From the IMG/VR virus record IMGVR_UViG_3300028073_000008, positions 32,001 through 96,000 of that record: a stretch of 64,000 nucleotides of DNA, one strand, 5' to 3'. This stretch comes from a virus. Both the position numbers and the translations under genes were made by a program. This document shows positions 29,230-40,188 of this stretch, in pieces; position 1 is the stretch's first letter; each line of letters opens with the position of its first letter. The notes below the pieces were generated by a model. It searched no databases, was not told where the DNA came from, and saw only the letters and a program-made list of their open reading frames with translations.

Positions 29230-29594
29230 CTGAAATGATAACAGACGAAGTTATAGTAATTTTGGCGTTGTTAGCTATCAAGCACTTTTTGATAGATTTT
29301 GTTTTCCAAACTAACGAACAGGTAAAACAAAAAGGTGTATATGGTAATCTAGTGGGTATCACACATAGTTTCCAACACGGAGTTGGTACTATTATAGTTT
29401 TCCTGATCTATCTGAACTTTTGGTTTTCTCTAATCTTTGCTATTTTTGACAGTCTTATACATTATCATATAGATTGGATTAAATCTAAATTCGGTGAAAA
29501 GGATATCACCAAAAAATCTTTTTGGATTTGGTTCGGCGGTGATCAACTTTTACACTGGATGACTTACATTTGGTTTATATGGATCTTACTCTAG
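29226..29594 (+). CDS. DUF3307 membrane protein
   Basis: HFLIDF..Q, HYHID..K, DQLLH. Confidence 0.8.
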   Translation: MTEMITDEVIVILALLAIKHFLIDFVFQTNEQVKQKGVYGNLVGITHSFQHGVGTIIVFLIYLNFWFSLIFAIFDSLIHYHIDWIKSKFGEKDITKKSFWIWFGGDQLLHWMTYIWFIWILL

Positions 29595-29615
29595 GCTAAG
29601 TAATACAAATACTAT

Positions 29616-30188
29616 ATGGAGCCAAGGTTGAAAAAATTCCACGAGTTCAACGCAGAAGATCGCATTGACCTCAAACTATTAGAGAATTCGATGTATTTCC
29701 TCACGGGCGAAATCGATGAAGAAACTATCACACCCGCTATCAAATGGATCACTTACGAGAATCTCGAATCTAAAGACAAGGTTCTGACCCTTTATATAAA
29801 TTCTACGGGTGGTGATCTGTATCAAGCATTTGCTCTAATAGATGTCATGCGCTCTAGTCCACATACGATTAGAACCGTCGCTATAGGTTGCGCCATGAGC
29901 GCAGCTTTCTTGATTTTTACCAGCGGTGATAGAGGACAGAGATACGTGTCCAAAAATGCCAGTTTGATGTGTCATCAATTCACTGAAACTATGGATGCTA
30001 AATATCATGACCTTAAAGCCACTATGAGAGAAAATGATTTGTGTAATGACAAGATGCTAAACATTTTGAAAGAAGCTACAGGATTAGCACCTAGCGTGAT
30101 AAAGAAGAAACTTCTAGCAGCCAGTGATGTATATCTCACAGTTGAAGAAGCAATTGGATTGAATATCGCAGATCATCTGTTGTCATAA
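29616..30188 (+). CDS. clpP: ClpP-like serine protease
   Basis: [13 protein letters not shown] catalytic Ser, MCHQ His, EAI..NIAD. Confidence 0.8.
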   Translation: MEPRLKKFHEFNAEDRIDLKLLENSMYFLTGEIDEETITPAIKWITYENLESKDKVLTLYINSTGGDLYQAFALIDVMRSSPHTIRTVAIGCAMSAAFLIFTSGDRGQRYVSKNASLMCHQFTETMDAKYHDLKATMRENDLCNDKMLNILKEATGLAPSVIKKKLLAASDVYLTVEEAIGLNIADHLLS

Positions 30189-30403
30189 TGGCTAAGCAAG
30201 ATCTTATTACTGCCGAGGGGAAGGTCGTTGACGTTCTTCCGAATACGATGTTTAAGGTTCAGCTAAATGAGGGACCGAATATTATCGCTCATTTGAGCGG
30301 TAAGATGAGACAGAATAACATAAAGGTGTTATTGGGCGATGAAGTCAAAATAGAGCTTAGTGTATATGACCTCTCTAAAGGACGCATTATTTACAGAAAG
30401 TGA
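30188..30403 (+). CDS. infA: translation initiation factor IF-1
   Basis: [34 protein letters not shown]. Confidence 0.95.
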   Translation: MAKQDLITAEGKVVDVLPNTMFKVQLNEGPNIIAHLSGKMRQNNIKVLLGDEVKIELSVYDLSKGRIIYRK

Positions 30404-31028
30404 TATCATTGATCCCTTTTGGGTGATACGATATCTCGAAAATCATGTTCCTCTAGAAAAGATCAGTGCTAAATCTCTGATACAGATCATACGCAGAATG
30501 AAGCGCCGCCATATGGTAGGCATCAAAGTAACTTATCGTAGAGTGTCAGGATTAAAGGATTGTTTTACCATACACGGATTCTACGAAAAAACTCATAAGA
30601 AATCTATAGAGCTACAGGTCTGCTGTTCTAGCGAAAAGAAAAAATTCAATCTCACAGAAAAACTACACAGGCTGTTGATCAACGAAATAGCCGATGCTCT
30701 GTGTCACGAGAGCATACATAGATATCAATTTCAATTTAAAGACTATCAAGAAAGCTGTATACACAACGGCACTGAAGAACAGATCTATTACAGCGATAAA
30801 GATGAAATGTTCTGTTTCGCTGTAAACATAGCTCACAATCTTTATAGGCAATACGGAATAGAGTCATTAAGACAGTTACAACATCTTACCGAAGCTGTTA
30901 AGTTTGATCCTTATCTAGCAGACTACTATAGCCTGTTTTCACACACTAAGATTTTTAATAAGGTAATTAAAATGGTATACCTTAACATTCTCGCCATAGA
31001 CAGAGGAGAGATATGTCATAGACCATGA
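30360..31028 (+). CDS. hypothetical HExxH metallopeptidase-like
   Basis: CHESIH..Q ... E.FA; start uncertain. Confidence 0.5.
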   Translation: MYMTSLKDALFTESDIIDPFWVIRYLENHVPLEKISAKSLIQIIRRMKRRHMVGIKVTYRRVSGLKDCFTIHGFYEKTHKKSIELQVCCSSEKKKFNLTEKLHRLLINEIADALCHESIHRYQFQFKDYQESCIHNGTEEQIYYSDKDEMFCFAVNIAHNLYRQYGIESLRQLQHLTEAVKFDPYLADYYSLFSHTKIFNKVIKMVYLNILAIDRGEICHRP

Positions 31029-31996
31029 TTAAAGAAATTCCATTCAACAACATAAAACATTTCGGTCAAATCAATATGTTAGATCGCCCTTTATTCAACA
31101 TCAGTTGGATACTAGGGCGTTTTTGTAACTACAAGTGTTCTTACTGTTGGCCATATGCTAACAGTGATAAGTTAGATTTCCAAAGCATCGATGTTTATAA
31201 AAGAACAGTAGATGAAATCAAAAGACAGGCAAGGCTGAATGGTTTCAATGAATTCCACTGGAGTTTCAGCGGAGGAGAACCTACGACTTTCAAACAGTTG
31301 TTGGAACTGACTAGACACCTCGACGAAATGGAAAGCAGCTATCAAAGCATACACATGACTACTAATCTAAGTCCTAGCATCAACTGGTGGAAGTCTTGGG
31401 CTAACGCTGTGAGCATGTTACAAAGAAAAAGTATTACTGCCAGCTATCATGCTGAGTTTGCCAAAGAATCAGAGTTTGGAGACAAGTGTCTGAAGCTGAT
31501 GGATGAGTTTGTGTACGTGACTGTAAATCAAGTCATGGTGCCAGAACAGTTTTTTGAACTTTATGAACGCTGCGAACGTTTACACAAGAGAGGAATCAAT
31601 GTTACTCTTAAACCACAGAGCAACGAAACTGCTAGTGCCATCGTAGATGGATACACGCCAGAGATGATCAACATAATGAAGCAGGGATTCCCACAGAAAG
31701 CATTTGATGAAAACATTTATCAGATAAGATTAAATGATGGTGGACAAGACTATCTATTTGATCAAGCAGAAAGATTCAATGCGTTTGGATTTAATAGTTT
31801 TAAAGGATGGGACTGTAATAGCGGATATCAAAGTCTAGTAATAAGAGGTAACGAAGTCAGGCGAGGTTATAGCTGTAGAGAAGAACCGATTGGCACCCTA
31901 GACTCATTCCAATTGTTTGCCAAACCTATGCCCTGTGTTACTGAAAGATGCGTAAGTAGTGCTGACAGCAAGATACCAAAGATAAAAAATGTTTAA
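31025..31996 (+). CDS. radical SAM protein
   Basis: CNYKCSYC, SGGEPT, C-terminal Cys motif. Confidence 0.88.
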   Translation: MIKEIPFNNIKHFGQINMLDRPLFNISWILGRFCNYKCSYCWPYANSDKLDFQSIDVYKRTVDEIKRQARLNGFNEFHWSFSGGEPTTFKQLLELTRHLDEMESSYQSIHMTTNLSPSINWWKSWANAVSMLQRKSITASYHAEFAKESEFGDKCLKLMDEFVYVTVNQVMVPEQFFELYERCERLHKRGINVTLKPQSNETASAIVDGYTPEMINIMKQGFPQKAFDENIYQIRLNDGGQDYLFDQAERFNAFGFNSFKGWDCNSGYQSLVIRGNEVRRGYSCREEPIGTLDSFQLFAKPMPCVTERCVSSADSKIPKIKNV

Positions 31997-33074
31997 GTTC
32001 GATCAACTGTATCAGATACACCTAGAGATATCAAATAACTGTCAAGCACGATGTCCTATGTGTGCTAGGAACAACCACGGAGGCTTGCCCAATCCTTTGC
32101 TGAGCAACAGTGAATGGACTCTCGATGACTACAGGAAAATAATGTCTAGCGAAGTACTCTTCCAAATCAAGCGTATCTATTTCTGTGGTAACTTCGGCGA
32201 TCCTATGCTCAATGATGAATTCATAGATATGGTTCGTTACACTGTCAGTGTCAATCCTAACATAGGTATAAGCGTACACACAAATGGAGGTGCTCGTAAG
32301 ACCAGCTGGTGGCAGGATCTTGCGGTAGCACTACCTGTAGATCATATGGTACACTTTGGCATCGATGGTCTAGAAGATACTCATAGTCTACATCGTGTAG
32401 GAACAACATACGAGAACGTTATTAAAAATGCCACAGCATTTATACAGCGTGGTGGGAATGCCGAATGGACTTTCTTAGAATTTAAACACAACGAACATCA
32501 AGTAGAAGAATGCCAGCTTAGAGCAAAAGAACTGGGCTTTAAAAAGTTTGTTTTAAAATCTAGTTCTAGATTTGTAGGCGAACCCAAGTTTGATGTTTAT
32601 GACAAGAATGGAAATACAACTCATGTCATTCATCCACCTACTAGCAGCAAGTTAACTTATATCAGCAAAGAAGTCATAAACAACTATAAAAGCATGGTTA
32701 AGGAAGCTGAGATTTCCTGTCATGTTCAGAACATAAAAGAAATATACATAGACGCACACAAAAAGATTATGCCCTGCTGCTGGTTAAGTTCTATTCCTGA
32801 AACTTATTATGATAACAAGTTCGTAGACAAAAGCATTGACGACGAAATTAAATCACAATACAACAAGTTAGTTAACGACCTCGGTGGTCCGGATGCTATC
32901 GATGCATTTAATGGAATAAAGAATGTCGTTGAGTCTAATGCTTATCAAACTGTGTGGAACAAATATTGGACTGAGGAAAAACTGATCACTTGTGCTAGGA
33001 TCTGTGGCAAGTTTAAAAATGTAAAACTTTCACAGCCAAACGATCAGTTTTTAGAAAATCATTCTTACGAATAA
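31989..33074 (+). CDS. radical SAM protein (SPASM/twitch-like tail)
   Basis: CQARCPMC, CGNFGDP, MPCCW. Confidence 0.88.
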   Translation: MFKFDQLYQIHLEISNNCQARCPMCARNNHGGLPNPLLSNSEWTLDDYRKIMSSEVLFQIKRIYFCGNFGDPMLNDEFIDMVRYTVSVNPNIGISVHTNGGARKTSWWQDLAVALPVDHMVHFGIDGLEDTHSLHRVGTTYENVIKNATAFIQRGGNAEWTFLEFKHNEHQVEECQLRAKELGFKKFVLKSSSRFVGEPKFDVYDKNGNTTHVIHPPTSSKLTYISKEVINNYKSMVKEAEISCHVQNIKEIYIDAHKKIMPCCWLSSIPETYYDNKFVDKSIDDEIKSQYNKLVNDLGGPDAIDAFNGIKNVVESNAYQTVWNKYWTEEKLITCARICGKFKNVKLSQPNDQFLENHSYE

Positions 33075-34096
33075 AATTTTTGTGAAATGCTCGATCCTGT
33101 TTTGCTCTTTCCACAAATCAAAGAGCACATAGGATTCCTACCTGCTTGTATAGTTTTGTTCCAATTTTCTTTTAACATCATATATGTTTTACTAGCAAAT
33201 ATAGAAAAAATATCTGCCTTGTAAAGACTGATATCATCTCTAGAAAAACTTTCTTTAGCTTTCGGAATCCAGTCATATTCATCTGGTAAAAAGTCATCTG
33301 GTAATAACATCAGGCTGGCAAGATGACAGCACGGATATACTAGTCCTTCGGCAGAAATATAACAACTAGAATCGTTGATGGCTGCGCATGAAATATCTAA
33401 CTCATCAAAATGTTTTTCTATCTTTGCTTTATTAGTAAAATCTAATATTGGAAAGTCGTGAGTATATCTAGGATCGTCGGCATATTCTATCTCTGTCTGA
33501 GGAGTCATTACGTTCCTATAAGTTATCTTGGTCTTGAACTCTTTGAATCCCATCTCTTTAGATAAAGCTTCTGCGTATTCTACTTGATGTTGATTATGCT
33601 TAAATGGTATGAACTGCCACGTCGCCGGTGCTCCAGAATCTATATAAAATTTGGCGTTCCTCATTACAGCAGCCCATTTAACATTTCTACGATAGATATG
33701 ATTAGTATCTTCCATACCATCTATAGCGAAAGTCATCTTGCTATTCTGTCCTAATAATTCTCCTAGCTCATACCACCATGTTTCTTTCTGTATTCCGCCG
33801 TTAGAAGAAATTTCTATAAACACGTCTGGGTTGGCATTCCTAAACCATCGTATGACGTTAGGTAGATGAGGATTCATCGCTGGATCACCTGTCACTCCTG
33901 CGATATAGATATGCTCTAGATTTTTAGCAAATTCTTCCCCAAGACAGATTTCTAAAAATATAGTATCTAGATTTTTCTGGGCAAAGAAACTATGATCGCC
34001 ACCTTTCATTTCTCTAACACACAGAGGACATCTAGCATTACAGAAAGAGGATACTTCAAATTCTATTTTTTTAACAGTATCTTTATAAAATGTCAT
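33065..34096 (-). CDS. radical SAM protein (SPASM/twitch-like tail)
   Basis: CNARCPLC, GDP, YPCCH. Confidence 0.88.
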   Translation of the reverse strand: MTFYKDTVKKIEFEVSSFCNARCPLCVREMKGGDHSFFAQKNLDTIFLEICLGEEFAKNLEHIYIAGVTGDPAMNPHLPNVIRWFRNANPDVFIEISSNGGIQKETWWYELGELLGQNSKMTFAIDGMEDTNHIYRRNVKWAAVMRNAKFYIDSGAPATWQFIPFKHNQHQVEYAEALSKEMGFKEFKTKITYRNVMTPQTEIEYADDPRYTHDFPILDFTNKAKIEKHFDELDISCAAINDSSCYISAEGLVYPCCHLASLMLLPDDFLPDEYDWIPKAKESFSRDDISLYKADIFSIFASKTYMMLKENWNKTIQAGRNPMCSLICGKSKTGSSISQKFYS

Positions 34097-34755
34097 GATA
34101 TAAAAACTCTAAAACCTTTTGCTCTCAATTCTGCTACATAAGGATCTAAAACTTTTAGATCGCAGTTTATTAATGCTTCTCGCTCATTTACTTTCTCAAA
34201 CCCCTGTATGATATTTTCTTTGATGGCTTTATTAAAAAATTTCATCACCACAGTGTATGCTTCTTGCTTCCAATCAAAATCATTAGGTTCTATGCTTAAC
34301 CTATGATAAGGTTCTTTTACAGCTGGCAAGGGGACACGTATGTTTAGATGTATACGATCTCTGCCACCGTAGTTTGCTGCCACATGAGTATGGCTGGTGT
34401 CCATATACCATAACTGACCATCTACAGGTATGTGATACAGTTTCTGTTCGTCAAGGTCTATGAGATAGCAGTGTAGGTTAGTAGTGATAGCTAAATGTAT
34501 CCTGTCGTCTGGATCACAATGAGCTGTGTAACTTTCTGCCGATTTTAATTTGAGTAGACGTGCTTCACCTATGTTGTCTAATGACTCTAATAGATCTCCC
34601 AAAGGTGTGCCTTTATATTCCTGTTTGACGGTATATGGTCCGTTTAAGATATTTCCAGTTGTTTCGTTTAGTTGTAATCTTTTTTCAAAATGAAGATTGT
34701 TGACCTGCTCTACTATAGGTCCAATATCAACGTTTTTTGGATATTTGGTAATCAT
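34093..34755 (-). CDS. AspH-like 2OG-Fe(II) oxygenase
   Basis: HCD...RIH, H.AAN.G..DRIHL. Confidence 0.7.
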   Translation of the reverse strand: MITKYPKNVDIGPIVEQVNNLHFEKRLQLNETTGNILNGPYTVKQEYKGTPLGDLLESLDNIGEARLLKLKSAESYTAHCDPDDRIHLAITTNLHCYLIDLDEQKLYHIPVDGQLWYMDTSHTHVAANYGGRDRIHLNIRVPLPAVKEPYHRLSIEPNDFDWKQEAYTVVMKFFNKAIKENIIQGFEKVNEREALINCDLKVLDPYVAELRAKGFRVFIS

Positions 34756-34794
34756 GAAATATTTATGTGCTACTTTAATGATGTAAATAGTTTC

Positions 34795-35658
34795 ATGGAT
34801 CGCTTAAAAGTAGCAGAGCAGTATGACGAAAGGTATCTAGAAATAGATAGGCCACAGCCGTTGTCTGACAATCGTATCGACGCTCTTATTTTAGAAGTGT
34901 TGAGCGGACGTATAGATAGAGATTTTAGTGATTCCATATTTCAAAAGTTCAAAGACGAAACGACTGATTGGTTTTTGAAATCTTCATTAAACCATTTGAC
35001 TGGGTTGGACACGTTTGCCAGAGTAGACATATGCTCTGGCTGTACACAGTTTATCGACGACATCTATATGACTGGTGCGTTACAGGTGTTACGTGGAGAT
35101 TACAAATACCATGAAAGATTGAATATAGCATATATCAAAGATGTAGGAGGTCTGATACCAGGGTTGCCGTTGATCATAGCTATGCCGTTTCCTCAAATAG
35201 GAGCGCCACACTTTGACATGGAGGAAATTTTACATGAGTGTAAAATTAAAAAAATTGAAGTACACATCGATGGCGCTTGGATCGGTTGCTGCCGTGATAT
35301 TAATTTTGATTTTAGCAATAAAGTTATTAGATCCGTTGGCATCAGCCTTAGCAAAGGTCTTGGTCTCGGGTGGAACCGGGTAGCACTTCGTTGGAATAGA
35401 TTTGATAATCAAGATAGCATATCTATCATGAATGACTTTGCTATGGTCAATAAAGCACCTGTGATGATAGGATCACATTTCATAAAAAACTTACAGCCAG
35501 ACTATCTCTGGAACACACACGGAGAGCGTTATCAAAGAGTATGTAACGACTTCGGTTTAGAGCCCACTAAGGCCATACACTTGGCTTTGAAAGATGGACG
35601 ACCAGTGGGTGTAAGCCCACTGATAAGATTTTTGGAAAACAATAATGATAATACATAA
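34795..35658 (+). CDS. PLP-dependent enzyme-like (fold I)
   Basis: HIDGAW, ISLSKG Schiff-base Lys; start uncertain. Confidence 0.6.
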   Translation: MDRLKVAEQYDERYLEIDRPQPLSDNRIDALILEVLSGRIDRDFSDSIFQKFKDETTDWFLKSSLNHLTGLDTFARVDICSGCTQFIDDIYMTGALQVLRGDYKYHERLNIAYIKDVGGLIPGLPLIIAMPFPQIGAPHFDMEEILHECKIKKIEVHIDGAWIGCCRDINFDFSNKVIRSVGISLSKGLGLGWNRVALRWNRFDNQDSISIMNDFAMVNKAPVMIGSHFIKNLQPDYLWNTHGERYQRVCNDFGLEPTKAIHLALKDGRPVGVSPLIRFLENNNDNT

Positions 35659-36385
35659 TATCGACGGAGTCTTATTACCTTATGATCCAACTTGGAAAAA
35701 TATAGCTGTTAGCATCAGTGGTGGTGCAGACAGCACTCTATTATCCTATCTAGTATGCGATCTTATAGAAAAATACAAAGCACAAACTATAGTACATCAT
35801 ATCAGTCATGTACGTATGTGGAAAACTAGACCGTGGCAAGAAAGCGATGCTAGAGTCATACATGTAGAATTAAACAAGCGTTTTCCTAATGTTGTGTTTT
35901 CTAAAAGACATGTAAATTTTATAGCACCGGATATAGAATATGGAAACATAGGTGCTATTGTAAAAGATGAATATGGAAAATATGTCAGTGGCGACAATGC
36001 TCAGATACGTGCGTTCTCTGAATACATATGCCATAAAGAAAATGTTGATGCCTATTACAACGGAGTTACCCGTAATCCTAGAGGAATAGATCTAGGAGGT
36101 ATGAAGGAAAGAGATATAGAACCCAACGAATCAAATAAACATCTAGAAATGATGGAACACATGGGTCGTTGGGCATTACATCCTTTTAGATTTACAGAAA
36201 AATCTTGGGTAGTAAAACAGTATAGAAAATTAGGTATTATGGATCTGTTCGATCTCACACGTAGCTGCGAAGGCGAGTTCGAAGGAATTGATTATAAAAA
36301 TTATATATCAGGAGATACTGTACCAACGTGCGGTAAGTGTTTCTGGTGTAAAGAACGGGAGTGGGCCATTGAACAATCAAAGTAA
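35645..36385 (+). CDS. PP-loop ATPase, QueC-like
   Basis: SGGADS; TRSC...CGKCFWC.ER. Confidence 0.7.
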   Translation: MIIHNIDGVLLPYDPTWKNIAVSISGGADSTLLSYLVCDLIEKYKAQTIVHHISHVRMWKTRPWQESDARVIHVELNKRFPNVVFSKRHVNFIAPDIEYGNIGAIVKDEYGKYVSGDNAQIRAFSEYICHKENVDAYYNGVTRNPRGIDLGGMKERDIEPNESNKHLEMMEHMGRWALHPFRFTEKSWVVKQYRKLGIMDLFDLTRSCEGEFEGIDYKNYISGDTVPTCGKCFWCKEREWAIEQSK

Positions 36386-37634
36386 AACATTTTGTCTACA
36401 TCCATTTACTGGATTAGCAACTAGTACAGACGGCTCTATATTGGTCTGTTGCCGTAGTCATCCTATAGGAAATATCAAAGATAATTCTCTAGAAGAAATA
36501 TGGAACAACGATAAGATGCGTGAAATACGTAGAAAGGTCTTAAACGGAGAATGGCCTAGCGAATGTGCTTCATGTAAGTTAGACGAAGACAGCGGAGTTG
36601 AAAGCATGAGGCTTAGACATATTTCAGGAAGAATTCCTGAAACAAGATCTTTGTTATATCCTAATGCTCTAGATGAGCTTGACGACGATCACAAGATGCC
36701 TTTTAAGATTCCAAGCATGGAGATTAAGCTGAATAATCTCTGTAATCTAAAATGTCGCATGTGCCATCCTATGGATAGTACAAGTTGGAACGATTGGGAC
36801 CAAGTAGAAGAATTCTATAAAAAAGAAGGCAACTTTATGATCAATTTTATAGAAAAAAATAACCTTAAAAGAAAACCATATCTTAACTTCTACGAAGACA
36901 ATCCTAACTGGTGGAACAGCTTTGAAAAGAATATACCTTACTTTGATCGTGTAGAGTTTGCGGGCGGCGAACCATTGATGGATCCTGAACACTATAAAAT
37001 ACTGTCAATGCTAAAACCCTACGGCAAAAATATCACTTTGAAATACGCTACCAACGGTACTACTCTAGGAATCAAGAGCGGAAACATATATGATTATTGG
37101 CCAAATTTTAAATCAGTGATGGTATCTATAAGCATGGACGGCATCGGAGATGTCTACAATTATATCCGTGGTAATAGCGAGTGGCAACTTGTACTTGATA
37201 ATATTAAACGTATACAGATGATGCCTAATATCAAACGCATCGTATGCTCAGCAGCAGTACAGGTCGGTAACGTGATGAAAATAGATCAGATGATAGAATT
37301 TTTACTCGACGATCTAGGAGTTGTTTATTGGAATAATTTTGTCAACCATCCTAATCTTTTATCAGCACAGGTACTTCCTGAACCGTTGAAAAAAATAGCA
37401 GCAGAAAGATTGATGGATATGAGAGATAAAGTACCAGGTTTTAAAATGGTACAGCAATATCCTATTTTAAAAGATTTAACAATTAACCAGATCAACGGAA
37501 TAATAAGTTATATGTATGCTAAGGATCTAAGTCATATGTGGAAGGACTGTGTGGAGTTTAATCATAGATTAGATACTAGTAGAAATCAAAAGAAATTTGA
37601 AGAAGTTAACGAGGATTTCCTACCCTATGTCTGA
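36369..37634 (+). CDS. radical SAM protein with N-terminal twitch/SPASM-like region
   Basis: FCLHPF..VCC, CNLKCRMC, AGGEP; TTG start inferred. Confidence 0.88.
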   Translation: MNNQSKTFCLHPFTGLATSTDGSILVCCRSHPIGNIKDNSLEEIWNNDKMREIRRKVLNGEWPSECASCKLDEDSGVESMRLRHISGRIPETRSLLYPNALDELDDDHKMPFKIPSMEIKLNNLCNLKCRMCHPMDSTSWNDWDQVEEFYKKEGNFMINFIEKNNLKRKPYLNFYEDNPNWWNSFEKNIPYFDRVEFAGGEPLMDPEHYKILSMLKPYGKNITLKYATNGTTLGIKSGNIYDYWPNFKSVMVSISMDGIGDVYNYIRGNSEWQLVLDNIKRIQMMPNIKRIVCSAAVQVGNVMKIDQMIEFLLDDLGVVYWNNFVNHPNLLSAQVLPEPLKKIAAERLMDMRDKVPGFKMVQQYPILKDLTINQINGIISYMYAKDLSHMWKDCVEFNHRLDTSRNQKKFEEVNEDFLPYV

Positions 37635-38532
37635 GATAGAAAATTTATTCCGTAATGGGTTTGGTAACAACACTCTGAGAATAACACTAGACAACGGAAT
37701 AGATTTATACTACCATCTGTTTGATAATCCTGTACAACATTGCTGGCAAGATTATTGGCAAAACATTCTAGTCGAAAATCTATCAATAGATTCTGAATTC
37801 GCTAATCAAGAACTAGCAAATTATGTAGATCAATTAAACAACTACCATTTGCGATTGGGGTTTGACAAAATTGATAACAGGCCTAGTAGAGAGTTGCTTA
37901 ACGATTTACACAATCGTTTCGTAGAAAATAAAGATAATCCAGATTGGGATACTGTTAATAAATTAATACATAAGATAGAAAATAATTTAATTATAGATTG
38001 GAATTCGCAGATAAAATTTTATTGCGGTCAGATAAAGCCTTCAGTTCTTATAAAACCCTATCATAAATTATTTTTATCAACAGAATTTAGTAACTGGGGA
38101 ACACTGTATCTAGGATACGAAACTATAGGCAAAGACTGGGCAGACATAGCATTAGATAATGATAACGGAAACGATCTAGCTGTACAAGATAGTATAGGTA
38201 CAGAAACAGTCATGAGTTTTCAAACTCAAGCACCTTATGAAAAATTAATAGAAAATCAATTTTACAAATGGTATATGAAAAACGACAGTTTTATGAATAT
38301 ACCTATAGACAATCTAAATAAATTATCATTAGGAAGATATCTATTAGGAAAGGTAATCGTCACTGAAGCATTTTTAGATTATGAAAAGAATCCATTAGTA
38401 TGGTATATGCCTAATCATAATATAAAACAAAAATGGAACAAAGATATACTTTCAAAAGCCAATAGCATTTCTAAGTTAGAATTTTTTAATTCTACTATGT
38501 TCTATGATACATTAGTTAAACATACAACATGA
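37627..38532 (+). CDS. hypothetical protein
   Basis: LNDLH..F, LGY.TIGK. Confidence 0.6.
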   Translation: MSEIENLFRNGFGNNTLRITLDNGIDLYYHLFDNPVQHCWQDYWQNILVENLSIDSEFANQELANYVDQLNNYHLRLGFDKIDNRPSRELLNDLHNRFVENKDNPDWDTVNKLIHKIENNLIIDWNSQIKFYCGQIKPSVLIKPYHKLFLSTEFSNWGTLYLGYETIGKDWADIALDNDNGNDLAVQDSIGTETVMSFQTQAPYEKLIENQFYKWYMKNDSFMNIPIDNLNKLSLGRYLLGKVIVTEAFLDYEKNPLVWYMPNHNIKQKWNKDILSKANSISKLEFFNSTMFYDTLVKHTT

Positions 38533-39431
38533 AATCAATAACTAGTCGCTGGCCACACCAGGATCAATTAAAAGTAGAATGGAACATAGGTAAACGCTGT
38601 AACTATGATTGTTCATATTGTCCTGACAGTATACATGACAATTGGAGTCCGCATACATCTATTGATGTACTAGAAAAGACCGTGGATAAATTATCAGAGA
38701 TTGGGCGTCCGCTACGATTAAGTCTTACTGGCGGAGAACCTTGCGTACATCCTGACATAGAAGATCTTTTTGAATATACTAAACGCAAAGGAGTTTTTTG
38801 GCTCAGCGTGACCACTAACGGTACTCGAGCTGCTCAGTGGTATATTGACAATTCGGAATTTTATCAACATCTTGTTATCAGTTTACATTTCGAGCATGAC
38901 TGGCGCCGTGTGTTGAATACCATATATGAAATCAAACATTCAAGTAAATTACAATACTTTGTCAATGTTATGGCCCACCACGACTATATGGACGATGTGA
39001 AGAAAGCTGTAGAATTCTTAGACGATAAAGATATCAAATATGCTATAAGACGCATACGCTGGACTGAAGGTGACCATAATGTGTTTGACGACATGCGCTA
39101 CGATGGAAAAGATCTCCAATGGATATTAAGCAAACAATCAACAGTGTCCCCGAATACAATAATTCGAAATGATGATCAAACAGAAATACTTCACGCCAAT
39201 GATGTCATAAAGCTACACTTAAATAAATTTAAAGGATGGTCATGTCAAGCAGGTATAGAAAGTCTCATGATAAATTGGGACGGCGAAGTACACCGAGCAA
39301 CTTGTAGAGTTGGAGGTAGTCTAGGTAATATATACAAAGATACTTTTACAGTACCTAGAGAACCGATTATATGTACTCGTGATTTCTGTACCTGCGCTGC
39401 CGACATACCTATTAGCAAGAATGAAAATTAA
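38529..39431 (+). CDS. radical SAM protein
   Basis: CNYDCSYC, TGGEP, C-terminal CTCAAD. Confidence 0.88.
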   Translation: MKSITSRWPHQDQLKVEWNIGKRCNYDCSYCPDSIHDNWSPHTSIDVLEKTVDKLSEIGRPLRLSLTGGEPCVHPDIEDLFEYTKRKGVFWLSVTTNGTRAAQWYIDNSEFYQHLVISLHFEHDWRRVLNTIYEIKHSSKLQYFVNVMAHHDYMDDVKKAVEFLDDKDIKYAIRRIRWTEGDHNVFDDMRYDGKDLQWILSKQSTVSPNTIIRNDDQTEILHANDVIKLHLNKFKGWSCQAGIESLMINWDGEVHRATCRVGGSLGNIYKDTFTVPREPIICTRDFCTCAADIPISKNEN

Positions 39432-40188
39432 AAATTTAGATCCGACAAAGTACAAAAGATTTTTTGCGTTCGGCTGTAGCTTTACCAGATACAAATGGGC
39501 TACATGGGCAGATATTATAGGACAGAATATTCCTTACTACGAAAACTGGGGTAGACAGGGAGTAGGCAATCATTATATCTTTAATGCGGTATTAGAAGCA
39601 GACGCCAAGCACAACTTTGGTCCAGACGATCTAGTGATAATAATGTGGTCCCAGTTAGGGAGAGAAGATAGATATTTTGATAAGCGTTGGATCAGCCAAA
39701 CTATATCTGAACTCACAGACTCCGAATCGAGAAAATATGCCATAGACACTAGAGCTCACCTAATACGAGACTTAGCTTACATTAAGTCGATACAGACTTT
39801 CTTAGAACATAAAAAATGTGATTACGCACATTTGGCTATGTATCCTTTAGTGTATCTTACAACTGACTTACCATTTGCTTTTTCAGCACCGGATATGATA
39901 AGAACGGAAATGCTGCTGTCAGCTTGGATCGATCTTCGAGTGAATAAACACATTGGTAAGAGTATAGAACACCCAGATGTAGTAGAATCTTATATAGACG
40001 TTTATACAAGTATAGAAAAAACTATATTAGAATGTTTTTCCTCTATGTATGTTCTAAAAAGAGAAAATAATGATCCACATCCCACGCCCGAAGAATTTGT
40101 CAAATACCTAGACAAATTATGGCCGGATAATAAATTAGAAAATAAAACTATCCCAGATAGTTTATCACAGGCTCCACAGAGATTGTAA
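39421..40188 (+). CDS. SGNH-like hypothetical
   Basis: FGCSFT, DPHPTP. Confidence 0.6.
   Translation: MKIKNLDPTKYKRFFAFGCSFTRYKWATWADIIGQNIPYYENWGRQGVGNHYIFNAVLEADAKHNFGPDDLVIIMWSQLGREDRYFDKRWISQTISELTDSESRKYAIDTRAHLIRDLAYIKSIQTFLEHKKCDYAHLAMYPLVYLTTDLPFAFSAPDMIRTEMLLSAWIDLRVNKHIGKSIEHPDVVESYIDVYTSIEKTILECFSSMYVLKRENNDPHPTPEEFVKYLDKLWPDNKLENKTIPDSLSQAPQRL

Noticed and set aside
35645-36385. 7-deazaguanine DNA modification system
   Set aside because: Only a QueC-like PP-loop protein is present; no folE, queD or dpdA in the window.
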